From Fistulifera solaris (Eukaryota), in the NCBI GenBank assembly GCA_030295235.1, contig AP026124.1:1798001-1862000 (forward strand): a stretch of 64,000 nt of DNA. Direction: 5' to 3'. Positions 33,514-46,122 of this stretch are shown in pieces. The notes under the pieces were generated by a model. That model was not told where the DNA came from and made no database searches. It saw only the letters and a program-made list of their open reading frames with translations. Both the position numbers and the translations under genes were made by a program. Positions within the stretch are counted from its first letter, which is position 1, and each line of letters starts with the position of its first letter.

Positions 33514-35151
33514 TGAGCACCCCCCTGAGCAGCCACAGTCTTTTGCGAATGGTAACAAGAAAGCGGTCCATGTAAAGGTACGTTTCGCCTCGGCCGATGA
33601 TCGAGAATGTTTGAAAACTGAGAAAGAAGTTAGGATTGATGAGAAAGGAGACATTGGCATAATTCATCGATGACCTCGGTCATGAGACCGGAAGCATCAC
33701 AACGAGACGAACAACGAAAGTCATCTCGCCGTACAAAAGCTACCACTACCCGAAAGGAGCGAGCTGGCACTTTCAACCGACCATGAGTTTTTCTTCTGCC
33801 GAAGGTGGGCTTTGGGAACGGCAAAGACTTCCCGAAGTCTCGAAGACACTCTGTACCGGTACTGAAAGTGAGACCGACGGCGTACGGAACGTACATTTTG
33901 TCCTATTGTAGTCCGATAGGCTGTCCGTTCGACGGTCTTTCTCACAGTGCGAAAAGCAAAAACCGGATCGCTACTATTTGGAAGGGACATTTCTCTTCGC
34001 CAGGTCTTCCTGCTCGGCTTGCGTTGTCAGTTTTCTTCTCACAATTTTGTTTGTACTTTTTTCTCTTTCGCAGTGGGCGGGAAAAACAATTGCTTTGGGA
34101 ACATTTCCAGCAGCAGAAGCTGATGAAAAATGCGCCAGAGCAAAGGCTCTTACCAGGGCCTGGCGGTCGAGTATGCGGCCCAAGCCTACAAGAGATTGGG
34201 TCATGAATGAACTGGAACGTCTCGGAGTTCGAGTCGTCAGTGGAAGGCTTGGCCGTAAAGCAGGAGAGGATGGCGACGAAGAATCCGAATCAGGTGATAA
34301 GAAAGTAAATTTGACCGCCCCCGCCAGTGTGATTGCACCTGTTGAACGTAGAAACAGTTTGGCCTGGGGCGGCGACGCGGAACTAAGTGCGCTCATTTCG
34401 AAAAGAAACTCCCTCGGTCTATCCGGGATTATGAATGATCGCCGCGGATCTCTTGGTTCACTTGGTCCCGTCCTAGGAATGGATGGAGTTGATTTGGGAC
34501 ATCGGCCGATTGGGAGCGGAGGTTCGGTGACCGGATTTGATTCAAGCTTCCACCAAGAACAGCAGCGGCGATCTTCGAGTCTTGGTCTTGGGAGCTTGAA
34601 TGGTGGAAACCTGGGAAATATGGGCATGTCAGTCAATCCAAACCAGTAAGTCGATCGGGTTTCCGTTTGTATGCTTTCAACACGAATAACAACTGACATT
34701 ATCTTTACGTAATACGGGCATTACGAGATGCTCAAGCTGCATCACATGAATCTTCTCAATGAAATTCAAGAAACTACATTGATGATGAACTTGTATCAAC
34801 AGCAACAGCTACAGCAGCAACAACAACACCTTCAGAGTCAAGTGGGCTCTGACATCAGTGGAAATGATGCGCAGATGGCACTACTACTTCAGCAGCAGCA
34901 GAATAACCAAAACTCGATGGACTCTATGTTTGGCACGGGGGCTGCGCAGAGACTAAATGGTGGCTTGGGTGGCTCGCATGCACAAATGCAGATGCAGTTG
35001 CTCCAACACCAAATGCAAAGTAACGCACTTCCTGCAAGCAATGATAACACAACCGGTAAAAAAACGGAAAGGTGGCGGTGGCAAGAAAGGGGCCAGTGGA
35101 CCAAAAGCTACTAAGCAAGCCAAGCAAGAAGCCGACAAAGGTCAAAGTTAG
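33514..35151 (+). CDS. Multi-exon putative transcription regulator (AP2-like segment, RRxS repeats, poly-Q)
   Basis: WAGKTIALGTFPAAEA..ARA resembles the AP2 beta-strand/helix; RRNSL/RRGSL/RRSSSL; poly-Q; 5' exon structure uncertain. Confidence 0.5.
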
Positions 35152-35589
35152 AATTATAGGATGGCTGATTACTGGTACTGTTTACCCACCCCTTGATTGA
35201 TGTCGCCGCCCACGAAATTGCCGATTGTGCAACGTTGAAACAATTTATTTCATTAAACCTTAACTAGTGTTCGTTTTATGAAGATCATGCCTTCTTACAT
35301 GCTAATGTAGCGATTAAAATCAATGATGAAATTCATCTCGGTATTGAATTTTGTGACATCGACAGTGATCCACTTATGAGTAGTGACTGTTCGTAATTCT
35401 ATAAATACATTTCTTATCAGTTACAAGTATCAGCGATGTACGACAGAACCTGGATCTTGCTGCATTCGCAAAGGTTGCAGTTGTTTTCGCCTTCGTCGCT
35501 TGTGCGCTGCTGCGAAGGACGAATGATGTTTCATAACCTTAGCTGGTTGTCCGATCGTCACAGCCCATGTACTCCTCGTAAAAATGTAT

Positions 35590-35716
35590 ACACCGTATCC
35601 AGAATTTCAGAAGTTACACAGAATTCTGTATGATGTGCAAACACAAACACACCTGTAACGTACACATGTAACATAGATTTTGTATGATCAAACACATCAT
35701 TATTTCCAGATTTTCC
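35590..35716. repeat. Degenerate copy of the CCAGAATTTCTGG repeat family
   Basis: ACACCGTATCCAGAATTTCAGAAGTTACACAGAATTCTGTATG and TGTATGATCAAACACA closely match 17767..17826. Confidence 0.7.
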
Positions 35717-35989
35717 GCAACGTAGATAGATGCGGCGTGGTCCCGTCTGTCTGGCACACGAGGAACGGGCAAATCCTAAAAATGCGGAGGATCATCCTTT
35801 TTTTTGTTCGATGGTTCTGTTCAGTTTGAAACACAAAGCGGGCAGGAACAATAAACACCATTTGTCGGTAGTGCTTCGCGATCGAAACAAGCTTTTACAG
35901 ATAAGGAGCCGTGTTGGGCCCACGTATAGTTTATCATGGGTGGAGCAGATTTTTCTTGCATCGGGCATCGGCATAACACCAACAACAAA

Positions 35990-37438
35990 ATGCCAAAGTT
36001 TTCCCGGGGCTTGATAGCAGCAATAAACATGATGCTTTTATTCCACGTTGACGTGGTATCTTTTCATATTCAGCCGTCCGCGATCACTCGTTCGCTCTCT
36101 TTGGGTCGGAAAACGAGAGCACTCCGGAAAAGGCCTTTACAGGCACAACAAGCAAAGTCGCCTCCTCCTTCTCCTGATCTGCTTATTCACTGGAAAGGTG
36201 AGGGCATTGAAGGCTATAGTATGCAGTTCCGACATATTGAGTTTAAGGGAGCTCTTTCAGCGGTAATGGGGGTGTCTTTTGACCGTACAGGCCTGCATTT
36301 CTCAGACGCACTAGGTTACAATGGATCTGCCGAAATGCCCGAATCGAAGTTACTGCGATTCAATCAAGCCATGCAATATGTAACAACTGGAGGGCAAATT
36401 GACCAAGAATTTATGGCTGCGGCGGTGAAGCGTAGCTCGCTGGTTCATGCCGTTTATGAAATTGTCTCTGAGGCAAATACTTACGAGGGTTTGGCAAAGG
36501 ATGCTCTTCTTAATGATGCTTTTGCCGATATGCGTCCTGGTGAAGCAAATGAAAACTCGACTTGGTGTGTTCGCGTTCGTCACTATGGACAAAGATCGGA
36601 TAGCGAGAAGGAGAAAAGATACGGCTATCGGGCTAGATCGTTGACAAAAGAGAAAGAAGCTCTTCGTGCGTTGACGCCTCTTCTAAAGCAATTTGGTGGC
36701 CGAGTTGATCTGAATGATCCTGATTGTAAAGTATACGTTTTCGATGGTCTTACTAGAGGAAAAGCTCTTCTCGCGAGGAGGATGGCCACCGGTCCTTCCG
36801 TATCTGTGATTGCTCCAAACACTCGAATCTGTGTCACCAATACACCTCTGTGTCCCATCGCTGCGTTCAATATGTGCAATGTTGCTGGCATTCGTCACGA
36901 TTCTTCGATTCTGGATCCATTCGCGGGAAGCTGTGCCACTCTTTTAGCGGCTGCTATGATTGAGCCTACTTGTCAAACTGTGGCAATTGAAATCGCACAC
37001 GATGGTTTGGTAAATAGGAATGATATTCGCAAAGACTTTACCTCACGAAATTTGACCGAACCCGTTGCACTGATACATGGGGATTGCACAGATGCTGTAA
37101 CGAGGCATGCTGCTCGTGAAGCAATCGGCAATAAATCCTTTGATCTGATCATCACCGATCCGCCGTACGGTATTCGGGAATCAAAGCTCGCAGTGACTCC
37201 AATCAATGAGCTACTGAGAGGAATGGCAAATGATCGAGAAGCCGGATCTCCTTTATTAGCACAAGGAGGTAAACTGGTGTGCTTTCTTCCCTGTCAGGAC
37301 GGGGAAGACTTTGATTCGGATGTATTGCCCTCGAAGGATCTACTTGATCAAGCAGGCTTATGTGTGGAGCTGGTGAAAGAACAGCCACTCAACGAGAAGC
37401 TCAGTCGCTGGCTTGTGTCGTTTCAATCAATATTCTAA
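35990..37438 (+). CDS. TRM11: Trm11-like tRNA guanine-N2 methyltransferase, probably plastid-targeted
   Basis: ILDPFAGS, DLIITDPPYGIRE, LSRWL; signal peptide ending VVS-F plus basic transit region. Confidence 0.75.
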   Translation: MPKFSRGLIAAINMMLLFHVDVVSFHIQPSAITRSLSLGRKTRALRKRPLQAQQAKSPPPSPDLLIHWKGEGIEGYSMQFRHIEFKGALSAVMGVSFDRTGLHFSDALGYNGSAEMPESKLLRFNQAMQYVTTGGQIDQEFMAAAVKRSSLVHAVYEIVSEANTYEGLAKDALLNDAFADMRPGEANENSTWCVRVRHYGQRSDSEKEKRYGYRARSLTKEKEALRALTPLLKQFGGRVDLNDPDCKVYVFDGLTRGKALLARRMATGPSVSVIAPNTRICVTNTPLCPIAAFNMCNVAGIRHDSSILDPFAGSCATLLAAAMIEPTCQTVAIEIAHDGLVNRNDIRKDFTSRNLTEPVALIHGDCTDAVTRHAAREAIGNKSFDLIITDPPYGIRESKLAVTPINELLRGMANDREAGSPLLAQGGKLVCFLPCQDGEDFDSDVLPSKDLLDQAGLCVELVKEQPLNEKLSRWLVSFQSIF

Positions 37439-37879
37439 ACAGTTGTCTTTATACAAATAGAAAGTTTATTTTAATACATATCAAGTGCTTGATGGACCTC
37501 TCTGTCGTCGCTTTCTTCTTGATTCATCTCGTTCTTTGATCTACATCGTTTACTATGATTACTGTCGCTCGAGTGGCTTGTTTAGATAGTTGCGAGGTTA
37601 CATCATCTCATCATAGGAAAAATACAAGGAGCCGTTTTCCATAGCTAATAAATAATATCCCAGTCCTTCGTGAAAATACACATCCGGGTTCGATTTACCT
37701 TTTTTGCGTTCGTCAGTGGCTCTCTAGCAAACTCGCCTGTGCTTCATCGTCTTCACTGTCGTGTAAATTGTGGCCTACGACAAAAGTGACGGAGGCAAAG
37801 CACAGGAAAAGCTCTAACCGCCATTTACCACACAGCACCATTTTGCTTCTTTGGCTGCTCTTTATTACTTCTAATCAAC

Positions 37880-38601
37880 ATGATGAAGTTGTTCCTTCTC
37901 GCAGTTGTAGCCAGCCTCGCCTCAGCGTACGCTCCGGCCCGATCTTTCGTCTCGCGCCCGTCGACTCGACTACACGAAAGTTTCGGATTCGATTTCGCCG
38001 AGGACACCTACAAGAACCAGCCAATTCAGCTCGGTGGAGAAGCAAACTACAAGCAATGGGTCAACAAAATTTCGGACAACTCGATGCTTAACAGAAAGGT
38101 TAGTGGGCTGGTAATGTGATTTTTTGTCAGTCGCAAATGTGCTCAGCTCTAACGAAAACATCCTATTAGTACAATGTCATTCGTCGTGTACGAGAATTGG
38201 ATCTGCTAAAGGCCACGGCCGACAATGGCCTTCTTTCCAAGTTGGAAGAACAGGGTCTTGATCTCGTCACGATCGAAAAGCTTCTTCCGTTGATTGAAGA
38301 ACTTGGACTATTGGAACTTGCCGGCAGCAACCAACAGTTGCTCGTCAACCTCGCCGCCCCTCTTTTGGTCGAACCGGCTCCATTTTTGATCCCCCTTCTC
38401 GCTGGTGCCATCGCTGCTGGTCCCGTTGCTTTTTACGGTGCTTCTGCTGCTGCTCTAGGACTTGATGCTTATCTTCTTTCCACCAACGCCGAGCTTCCGT
38501 TTGTGGGTCTTTCCGCCGGTGTTACGTTGGGACTTGTCCTTGTTCCGTTGGGAGCAGTCTTGGCTGTTGTTGGTTCGGCTTTGGCTAGTTTGAAGAAATA
38601 A
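37880..38601 (+). CDS. Plastid/thylakoid membrane protein, DUF1118-like; intron 38099..38169
   Basis: Bipartite ASA-YAP presequence; RVRELDLLKATADNGLLSKLEEQGLDLVTIEKLLPLIEELGLL plus TM helices. Confidence 0.75.
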
Positions 38602-38879
38602 AGCACTACTACGCTGATACGCAACTATGTTTAACTAAACTAATTTATCTAGCATAAGCAGAAGTGACATGTTTACCTTTTGCCGCCACCAATAAGAAAC
38701 AGGATACCCAAGTTGAAGTAGGGGTGGACATTCCTACGGCTCCGTTGTCCGTTGGCTGTGATTTCTCTCTAAAAGTTAGTACCGGTACGATTGTCTACGA
38801 TTCATTCTGTGCTTTTTGAGCGCAGGAAAAGATCTCACATCTCACTCCATCAAAAGAGCTTTTTTACTTTACTGCTGCA

Positions 38880-40583
38880 ATGAATCGTTCGATACAAATC
38901 GCTTTGTATCTTCTTAATCTCGCCAATCTATGCAGAGCTCAGCAAGTGGCTGTCATAGGTGGGGGCATATCGGGCTCCTTCACGGCCCGGTACTTGGCGG
39001 AATACGACAAGGAATGCAAAATCAAGAATATCACGATTTTTGAAGCAGGGATTGTCGATAGACCCATTTCTTCTACCGATTTGACCGACGCTGAGTTCCA
39101 AGGTAGCCGAGTGTCATGTCTGCAGTTAAAAGATGGAAGGACGATTGAATTGGGGGCTTCGATCGGCTATAAAGGTTTCCATTTGGTGTTGGAAATGATA
39201 CATGGTGATGCAGACATTGAAATAGGAGAGCCTTTTACGACAGGCAGAGCCGATAAATTTCTACCGGATGGTCTTGGCATATACAATGGGCAGGGTGTTT
39301 GGTCACTGATCACATCCTCAGTACCGAAACTTCTGCGAAAATTTCAGATTGCCGGAAGATACGGAATGGATTTGATTCGCGTCTCGAGGGCAAGTCAAGC
39401 AGCGCAGGAGAAATTCGCTCAATTGCCGGAACTCCTCAAAAGCAACCATCCAGATACTTTTTATCAGTCTCCAGAAGAAATTTGGCAAGCTCTGGGCTTA
39501 GAAAAAGTGGCGCTTGCCAGCTTTGATCAGCTTTTGGATGCTTTGGGTGTCGGCAAAGATGTTTCGTGGCTAAGGAGCTATCTCCCATATCAAGGAGTAC
39601 TGCGATCAGAGTTACTCGAAGCCATGAATTTAGTCAACTACAATCAAGGAAATGATCAAGTTAATGGTTTGGTTGGGCTTGCAAGCTTCGCGGTGACCGC
39701 GGGTGGAGTATTCTCAATTGAGGGTGGAAATTTTAAAATTCTACAATCAGCAATTCGGCAAGCAAAAGAAGATCGACTACGACATTGCGGAGTCACCCAT
39801 GGATTAAACGTAGTGAAGGCTCGTGTAACAACTGTGGTGAAAGAAACGGAAAGCTTTTTGCTTTTCGCCGGTGAAGAAATGGTAGGGCGATTTGATGATA
39901 TAGTCTTAGCGACTCCGTTACAGTTGTCAAAGATTAATTTTCTGATACAGAGTGATATGGATAGTGCAGTGTTGCGGCCCATGCCGCTAGCGGGACTTGT
40001 GAAAGTCAATGATACTCCTCCAGAAGAAGGTCATATGGTTCTTCCTGACGCATTGCCAGAGCCGTCGACACGACGCTATACTCCAGTTACTACAACTGTT
40101 GTAAGCAATGCAACGTTGAACGCTCACTATCTTGCCCTCGACCCCTCCTCGCTTCCTCGCTCCATTATGACCACCAAGCAGGGCAAGTTGTCTTTACATA
40201 ATATCACCGCCATCACACTCATCGCAAGTGACGGAGTTTATAAAGTCTTTTCGGCTGAGAGACTGAACAGCAGCGTGCTCAAGACATTGTTTGGTCCGTA
40301 CTATGTGCTAGAACTCGAAAAGGTATGGGGCGGTCCCAATGGTGGAGCAACACCGGATTATCAGGGAAGTGGATTTTCGTCGCACTTTCTGTTGTACGAT
40401 AGCGCGGTGACCTCGGACGAAGCATCTGGCCCAGGGGCAATTTACTATCCTTCTATCATGGAGCAAATGTCGTTAGCATGCATGGAAATTTCTGCCATTG
40501 GTGCCCTGGCTGTCACAAAGCTTCTTGCTCGTCGACTTGGTCTGATTACCCCTCAGATCGAAGAAATTCGGGATGAACTATGA
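38880..40583 (+). CDS. PCYOX1: Prenylcysteine oxidase / farnesylcysteine lyase
   Basis: Signal peptide, VAVIGGGISG FAD motif, IELGAS, NLVNYNQ, IEGGN, MEISAIGA; C-terminal RDEL. Confidence 0.85.
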   Translation: MNRSIQIALYLLNLANLCRAQQVAVIGGGISGSFTARYLAEYDKECKIKNITIFEAGIVDRPISSTDLTDAEFQGSRVSCLQLKDGRTIELGASIGYKGFHLVLEMIHGDADIEIGEPFTTGRADKFLPDGLGIYNGQGVWSLITSSVPKLLRKFQIAGRYGMDLIRVSRASQAAQEKFAQLPELLKSNHPDTFYQSPEEIWQALGLEKVALASFDQLLDALGVGKDVSWLRSYLPYQGVLRSELLEAMNLVNYNQGNDQVNGLVGLASFAVTAGGVFSIEGGNFKILQSAIRQAKEDRLRHCGVTHGLNVVKARVTTVVKETESFLLFAGEEMVGRFDDIVLATPLQLSKINFLIQSDMDSAVLRPMPLAGLVKVNDTPPEEGHMVLPDALPEPSTRRYTPVTTTVVSNATLNAHYLALDPSSLPRSIMTTKQGKLSLHNITAITLIASDGVYKVFSAERLNSSVLKTLFGPYYVLELEKVWGGPNGGATPDYQGSGFSSHFLLYDSAVTSDEASGPGAIYYPSIMEQMSLACMEISAIGALAVTKLLARRLGLITPQIEEIRDEL

Positions 40584-41099
40584 ATATGTACATACTCGGC
40601 TACTGTTCTTCATTGCCAGTCTTCTCGTAATGGAACTAGGTCAGCAACACTGTTTGCTTTATTAACACAATTAGATCAATCTTGGAGCACATTTAGCTCC
40701 ATTGGTCGTTTACAATAATGCTTTTTCGATTGCCGATGCATTCCGTGAACTTTACTCGAATCGCAGACGGCAACCCGACACACTTTTCATCCTTCTATAA
40801 ATTCATGATCTGTCTTGATTCTTTATTTTCATTCAGGATGCAAGGTGCAAAGGTTTGCATTGGTTATCTTAGGTAAAAAATGATGATGAGAATCACGCTG
40901 CCAATTAATCTGTCGATACTCTCTCGCTCGTAATTGCGAAAAATAACAAAAAGAAAAAGAAGGAAATCAAACGGTAAATCTATTTATACGGAACAGATAT
41001 AACAAATAATACGTAGAACGTAGAGTGCAGTTTCATCCACACATCTTCTTATCATTGCAACATTTTCTCCAACAAGTTGACGCTCGGTACGGCGAAGGC

Positions 41100-42615
41100 T
41101 CAAGCGAGAAACCTAGCGCTTTCCACGGATGTTGTGCTGGTTGCACGATTGATTCCGGAAGGTTTCACTCCCGAGACATCCGTTGTCTTCTTAGTTGTCT
41201 GGTGGCTGCCAAATAGATCAACTTCTTTGCTTGCCGTCGGCGGTCTCGACTTGGCTACCGAGTCTCGGGAAGTTTTATAGTCATGACCAGGTGGGTGGAC
41301 GTGGTGGTCCAGTTGGACTGCACTATCCGCTTGCGCACAACCGAGATTGCGCACACTTCGTGCCCAGCGAGCCAACTTAGCCTTGATTCGTGAGAGCGTC
41401 GTTTTTCGCTTCGACCAACGTCCCAAAACGACTGTTTCCAGAACTGTGCGGCGTTTCTCGGGATAAGTGGGCGCTGCCGAACTACTCGCGTTCTCTTCAC
41501 TTGGTTGAATCAGCACGCCCCAATCTTGTGTCTCCGCCACAGCTCGGGTTCGTCCACGGTTCGCAACGACAACAACACGCGGCGTCGTGAGATCCTCGTT
41601 GGCATCCAGTAGGTCGACAGGACCATGAGAAGGATCCAGAAGTTTCACATTGCCCTGTTGCAATCGAGCCTCCTTGACACGATTCAAAGTAATGACCCAG
41701 TCCTTGCATGTTGCACGATTTTCGGCACGGAGATAATAGAGGCGACCCAAGACTTGAATGTTGAACGAACATCCTTTCTGGTCGTTCTCGTCGACAACTA
41801 TTTCACCAACCTGAGCGCAAAGTGAGCATATATTTGTAAACGTTTGAACAAGCAATCTACAAAACAGAACATACCTTCTCCAGATCGAGCGTGGCCAAAA
41901 GCTTTGTTCGCTTTCTCGATTTGTAATAACTGAGGCACTCTCCATCGGTCTCGAACCATCGAATTTGCCATTTTCCGTTGCGGCCCAACTTTTGCAAATA
42001 ACCACTAATTACAGCGCCATCCACCATATCTTCTTCTTCGTCCGATTCCTTTCCATAACTCAATTTTCGTCTGGTATAATTCACCAGTCGCGAAAATGTG
42101 CTCCGGTCGGCTGGCGGTGCGTCCTTATTTCCCGATTCGCTGGTATTGGCGGCCGAACTCGGTTCCGTGTTTTCGTCATCATCAAAAACGGGTTGTTGGG
42201 GCGAATCGTAAAAGGAAACTACGGGATCGGTGGGAGCGCGGCGCTCCGATGCGGAGTAGAGCTGGGCGGAATTGGAAGGAGCGGAGGGCAAGGTCGGCGG
42301 GGCGGATTGGGGTATTCTTGGCAAAGCTTTCTGGTTCGGCGTAGCAGGGGCTGAATTGTTCTTTTGTAATGTTGGAAGAAAAGGGACTTCGGGTCCTGGA
42401 ACAATGGGCGAGGTGGGTGCTACGACACCTTCCGCGGAACTCACGGACCCGTTGTCATGAGCTGCGGGGTCTGTCTCGAAGGGATTTTGCGGAGCAATGC
42501 GAGTACGAGGAGGTGTTACAGTCGAAACTATGTTCGGTATGGGTACCGGTGACGACATATCTAATGCAGCAGTTGAATTCTCCGTCATGTGAAACATTGG
42601 CTTGTCCGGCGACAT
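41100..42615 (-). CDS. PH-domain protein; intron 41811..41874
   Basis: SGYLQKLGRNGKWQIRWFE..LSYY..FNIQVLGRLYYLRAE..DWVITL; Pro/Ser-rich N-terminus. Confidence 0.85.
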
Positions 42616-43386
42616 CGTCAACCTATGCTTGAAAATCTGCAATAAATTATGAACTCAAACCGTTCTCTCACGTCGCAGTCCGCCGCTGCTTCTCTCAAAG
42701 AGTGATGTGTATGTGTTGTGCTGAGTTCCAAGATAAGTTGGGCTTTAAAAAACAAAGAGATTGATTGAATCGTTAGGAGAAGGAATGTGCTGTTTTAGTG
42801 CTGTTTGACTGGTTCTGGTACTGTTTCGACGGTGCTGCAAATGCGAGGCGTTGTCAACTCGTGCTTCGCCATTCGCCATTCGACATCCGCCTTCTCGGCA
42901 ACAGAAATCCAATCCAGGCGAAGCCGAAAGCGCAATTCCGTTGTGGGTACCACTTATTGTCCTACCGGCATGATACCGTTTCGGATATAAGACATGCAGG
43001 CTAACTAATATCATTACTTAAAGCGTCGCCATTTGCACTCTGCACTATGAAGTGGGGTCGCATCTTAATTGGATTTCCGCACCAAGGATGATGATTTTTT
43101 CTTCATGCAGAAGTCCTTCGGTTTCCAAAAAGAAAAGGATTGTATAAAGTGTAAACCTCATCAGGTACTGTACCAGGTACAGTCTCCGCGATCCACTTGT
43201 GCGCACGCAATGCGATGCACGACGCGGTGCAACTCCGGAAACGGACAATAATCCATTTTGTATTCTGTAAACTTCAATCGCTTGTCATTCGTTTCAAATA
43301 ATATATACTCCTCCCTTTTCCACTTTGCCGCTCACTGACACAACTTTCTTTGCTATCGTCATCTGTCCTTTGGGTTATGCCGCATC

Positions 43387-44558
43387 ATGTCTTTGAATTA
43401 CGAAATACCTCACGGAGATCGACCACCTTCATATCACAACTGGCAGTACGCGGATGAAGCAAGCTTGTATTCTATAGCGGAAGACTCCCGCGAAAACGGC
43501 TCGGATGTTTTTTCTGTAACTGAGGCTGCTCCGGAAATTCCCGCGTTTGTAATGCAACCCGATGTGAAATGGGTGCAGGAGGACATTTTGAAGAACGAGG
43601 AAGAGATTAATGGACCGAGCCACAGCGGTATGAAAGACGTTTTCCAAAGACTGTTACGCAACAAATGGATAAAGTTGGGTCTTGCTGGTTTACTTTTATT
43701 AGTCGCTGTGCTGGCGATTGCAATTGGTGTTCGAGCATCGAATTCCGACACCAAGGCAGTCCCAGACAGCATAGAGGTCGGAGCCGAGGCGCCGGAAGAT
43801 GTTCCAGTCGATATTCCCGTTGCCGTTCCTTCCGCTTCTCCCACTTCATCTGCAAGCTCGTCGTTTCCGACGCAGCAACCTTCTTTAGATAGTTCGGTTG
43901 TCACCGCATCCCCGACACAACTCGCACCGTATGACTTAGCCACAAAGTTTGTTACGAATGCGTTGAGTGCGTGTGCAGACTCGAGTCTTCTACAGGATAA
44001 GACATTTCCTCAGGGGCGAATATTCGAAAAGCTGGTTCTCGAATTATTGGAAGAGATAACAGTAGATGCAGATGGGTTTGTTTACTATCCATTAGACTAT
44101 GGCGATGCTTTCATTAAAGAGAAATTTGGTCTGGAAATGCTGTACGAAGCTACGAATGGGGATACTTGGAACAATAATATCAATTGGAAGACAGAAAACG
44201 ACCCTTGTGCAGGCTGGAATGGTGTTCAGAACTGTAGACCACGAAGAGAGGGATCCTGTGGAGTCGTTGAGATTGATTTAGGTATGTGTGTCTTGCGCTA
44301 CTTCTCTCATGATCCTGCTTTCGATGCTCGGGTTCTAGGTTCTGAGTCATCTACTCCATTTTCTCTTCAGCTTTTAACAATCTATCAGGGTATATTCCGC
44401 CTGAATTGTGTTGCTTGCCTTGTTTGGAAATATTGAATCTTTCCAACAATTTACTGGCTGGCGATACTCCCGGGTGCTTAAAGTCGGGCGTTTCCCTTAC
44501 TTTGGACAACAACGTGTACTTGAACGCTGAATCGGCACAAGTAAATAGCTCACCATGA
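43387..44558 (+). CDS. Type II membrane protein with LRR N-cap and short plant-type LRRs; intron 44282..44370
   Basis: TM LGLAGLLLLVAVLAIAIGV; PS/T-rich stalk; LYEATNGDTW..NW..PC.W.GV; spliced LAFNNLSGYIPPELCCLPCLEILNLSNNLLAG. Confidence 0.8.
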
Positions 44559-44734
44559 GTTGTCAGACAATCGGCTCGTCGATCTTCTACGTCGCTTCCC
44601 CCATAGCGATTTTACGTCACCCTTATTCACAAATGTCATGTTTGCAGCTTGACTTTGAAAATACTGGGTACCTGTACTAAGAATGTGTGAATTTTTTGTC
44701 AAAAAAAGTAATGAACTACTACTTGATTACCATT

Positions 44735-46122
44735 CTAGAATTGTGAAACTAAATTCGACTCGAGTTCGTCAATATGGCATACCATCGTTTTCGATTCCTC
44801 GGTCCACTTCTCGAGATCTTTTGCAAAAGTCGCGGCCACAATCAGAGGAAATACTATAGTTGCATCTGCGGTAACCTTTACTGGCTTTGCGTTAAGCCGA
44901 ATCTATTAAAGCAAAAGTAGCGGCAATTGAGTTTTTTCGCAAAAAAACGAAGTGACATTACCTTTAAACTCACCTTTCCCCAGCTGATCGCCTCATCGGG
45001 ACTAGCTCCACTGTCGCTTCCATCAAACTCGCTTGCCGTGTTTATGTATACAGAATAGTTAGCTCCGTTTCTCATTAAATTCGCATTGCATGTATGATGC
45101 TTGACAACACCACCTCCCAATATGATTTGCCCGGTACAATGACTACGAATAGCAAGATCGTTTATCAGCCGAATGTCCTCCGCAATATCTAAAACAAATC
45201 CGGGTCGCTTGTATGAGTGGAAATAAAGCATATCACCGAGACTCCCGTCTGTTAAAGCCGGACAAAAGACGGGGATGTTATTCATCGCCGCCCAGTAGAG
45301 AACTGAATCTGGGTTGTTTATTTCCTTGCCGAGACGATGAATAACTTTCGATGGGGTCCACAGAAATCGTTCCGGGAACTCTTCCTTCTTGTTTGAATCC
45401 ATGCTGCTCACTTGTTTTGCCCATTCCACCGAAGCGGCGTCTTGTTCGTCGTGCATTTTTTCAATAATCGGGGACACCCAGTCCTCGAATTCGCAATAGT
45501 TATTGTTTGGAATAAGGAGATTACCAATGCGATTAATTCCTTTCATTCGCAGCTCCCGACCGGAAAATCGAAAGTCGCCCATGAACGTTGGCTGAAAGCA
45601 TTTGATTAAATCTTCCTCGATGCCTCCCGCTGTCGTAACGATCACGTCGACCATCTTGTGTTGCACCAGAAACTTGAGATTCTCGCGCACTCCGCAGGAT
45701 ATTTGATTCGAGGTGTAAGCCAAAAATATCCTCGCCCGAATCCGTTCCCGGATTTCCATTGGTTGTAAATCAGGGTCATCTTGACCCTCATGGAATGGCT
45801 CGTGCGACAGACGCCATGATCGCATTTCACGGATTTGTTCGATCGCCAGTCCCAAGTTCGTCGCTTGAAAACCGGTCGTTAAAAATGCCTCCATTAAGCC
45901 GTCGAATATGTTAGACGAAGATCCAGCAAAATCAAACCCGCGGCATCGTGGAGTGTCGGCGGGGAGTGTCTGACTTTCACCCAGAACGGCAGCGGCCGAG
46001 ACGCTCGGAATGTGGTGATTGGTGGTCACATTATTATCTGCGGGGAGAGGCTTGGCCTCAAGAATATTAATACTTCGGTCTGTTTTCTTTTCATTTAGAC
46101 TTAATCCTGTCGAGAATGTCAT
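44735..46122 (-). CDS. DHPS: Deoxyhypusine synthase; intron 44903..44973
   Basis: [72 protein letters not shown]. Confidence 0.96.

Noticed and set aside
33974..34699. 241-aa minus-strand ORF and similar antisense ORFs across the window
   Set aside because: Overlap well-supported genes on the opposite strand and show no recognisable motifs.
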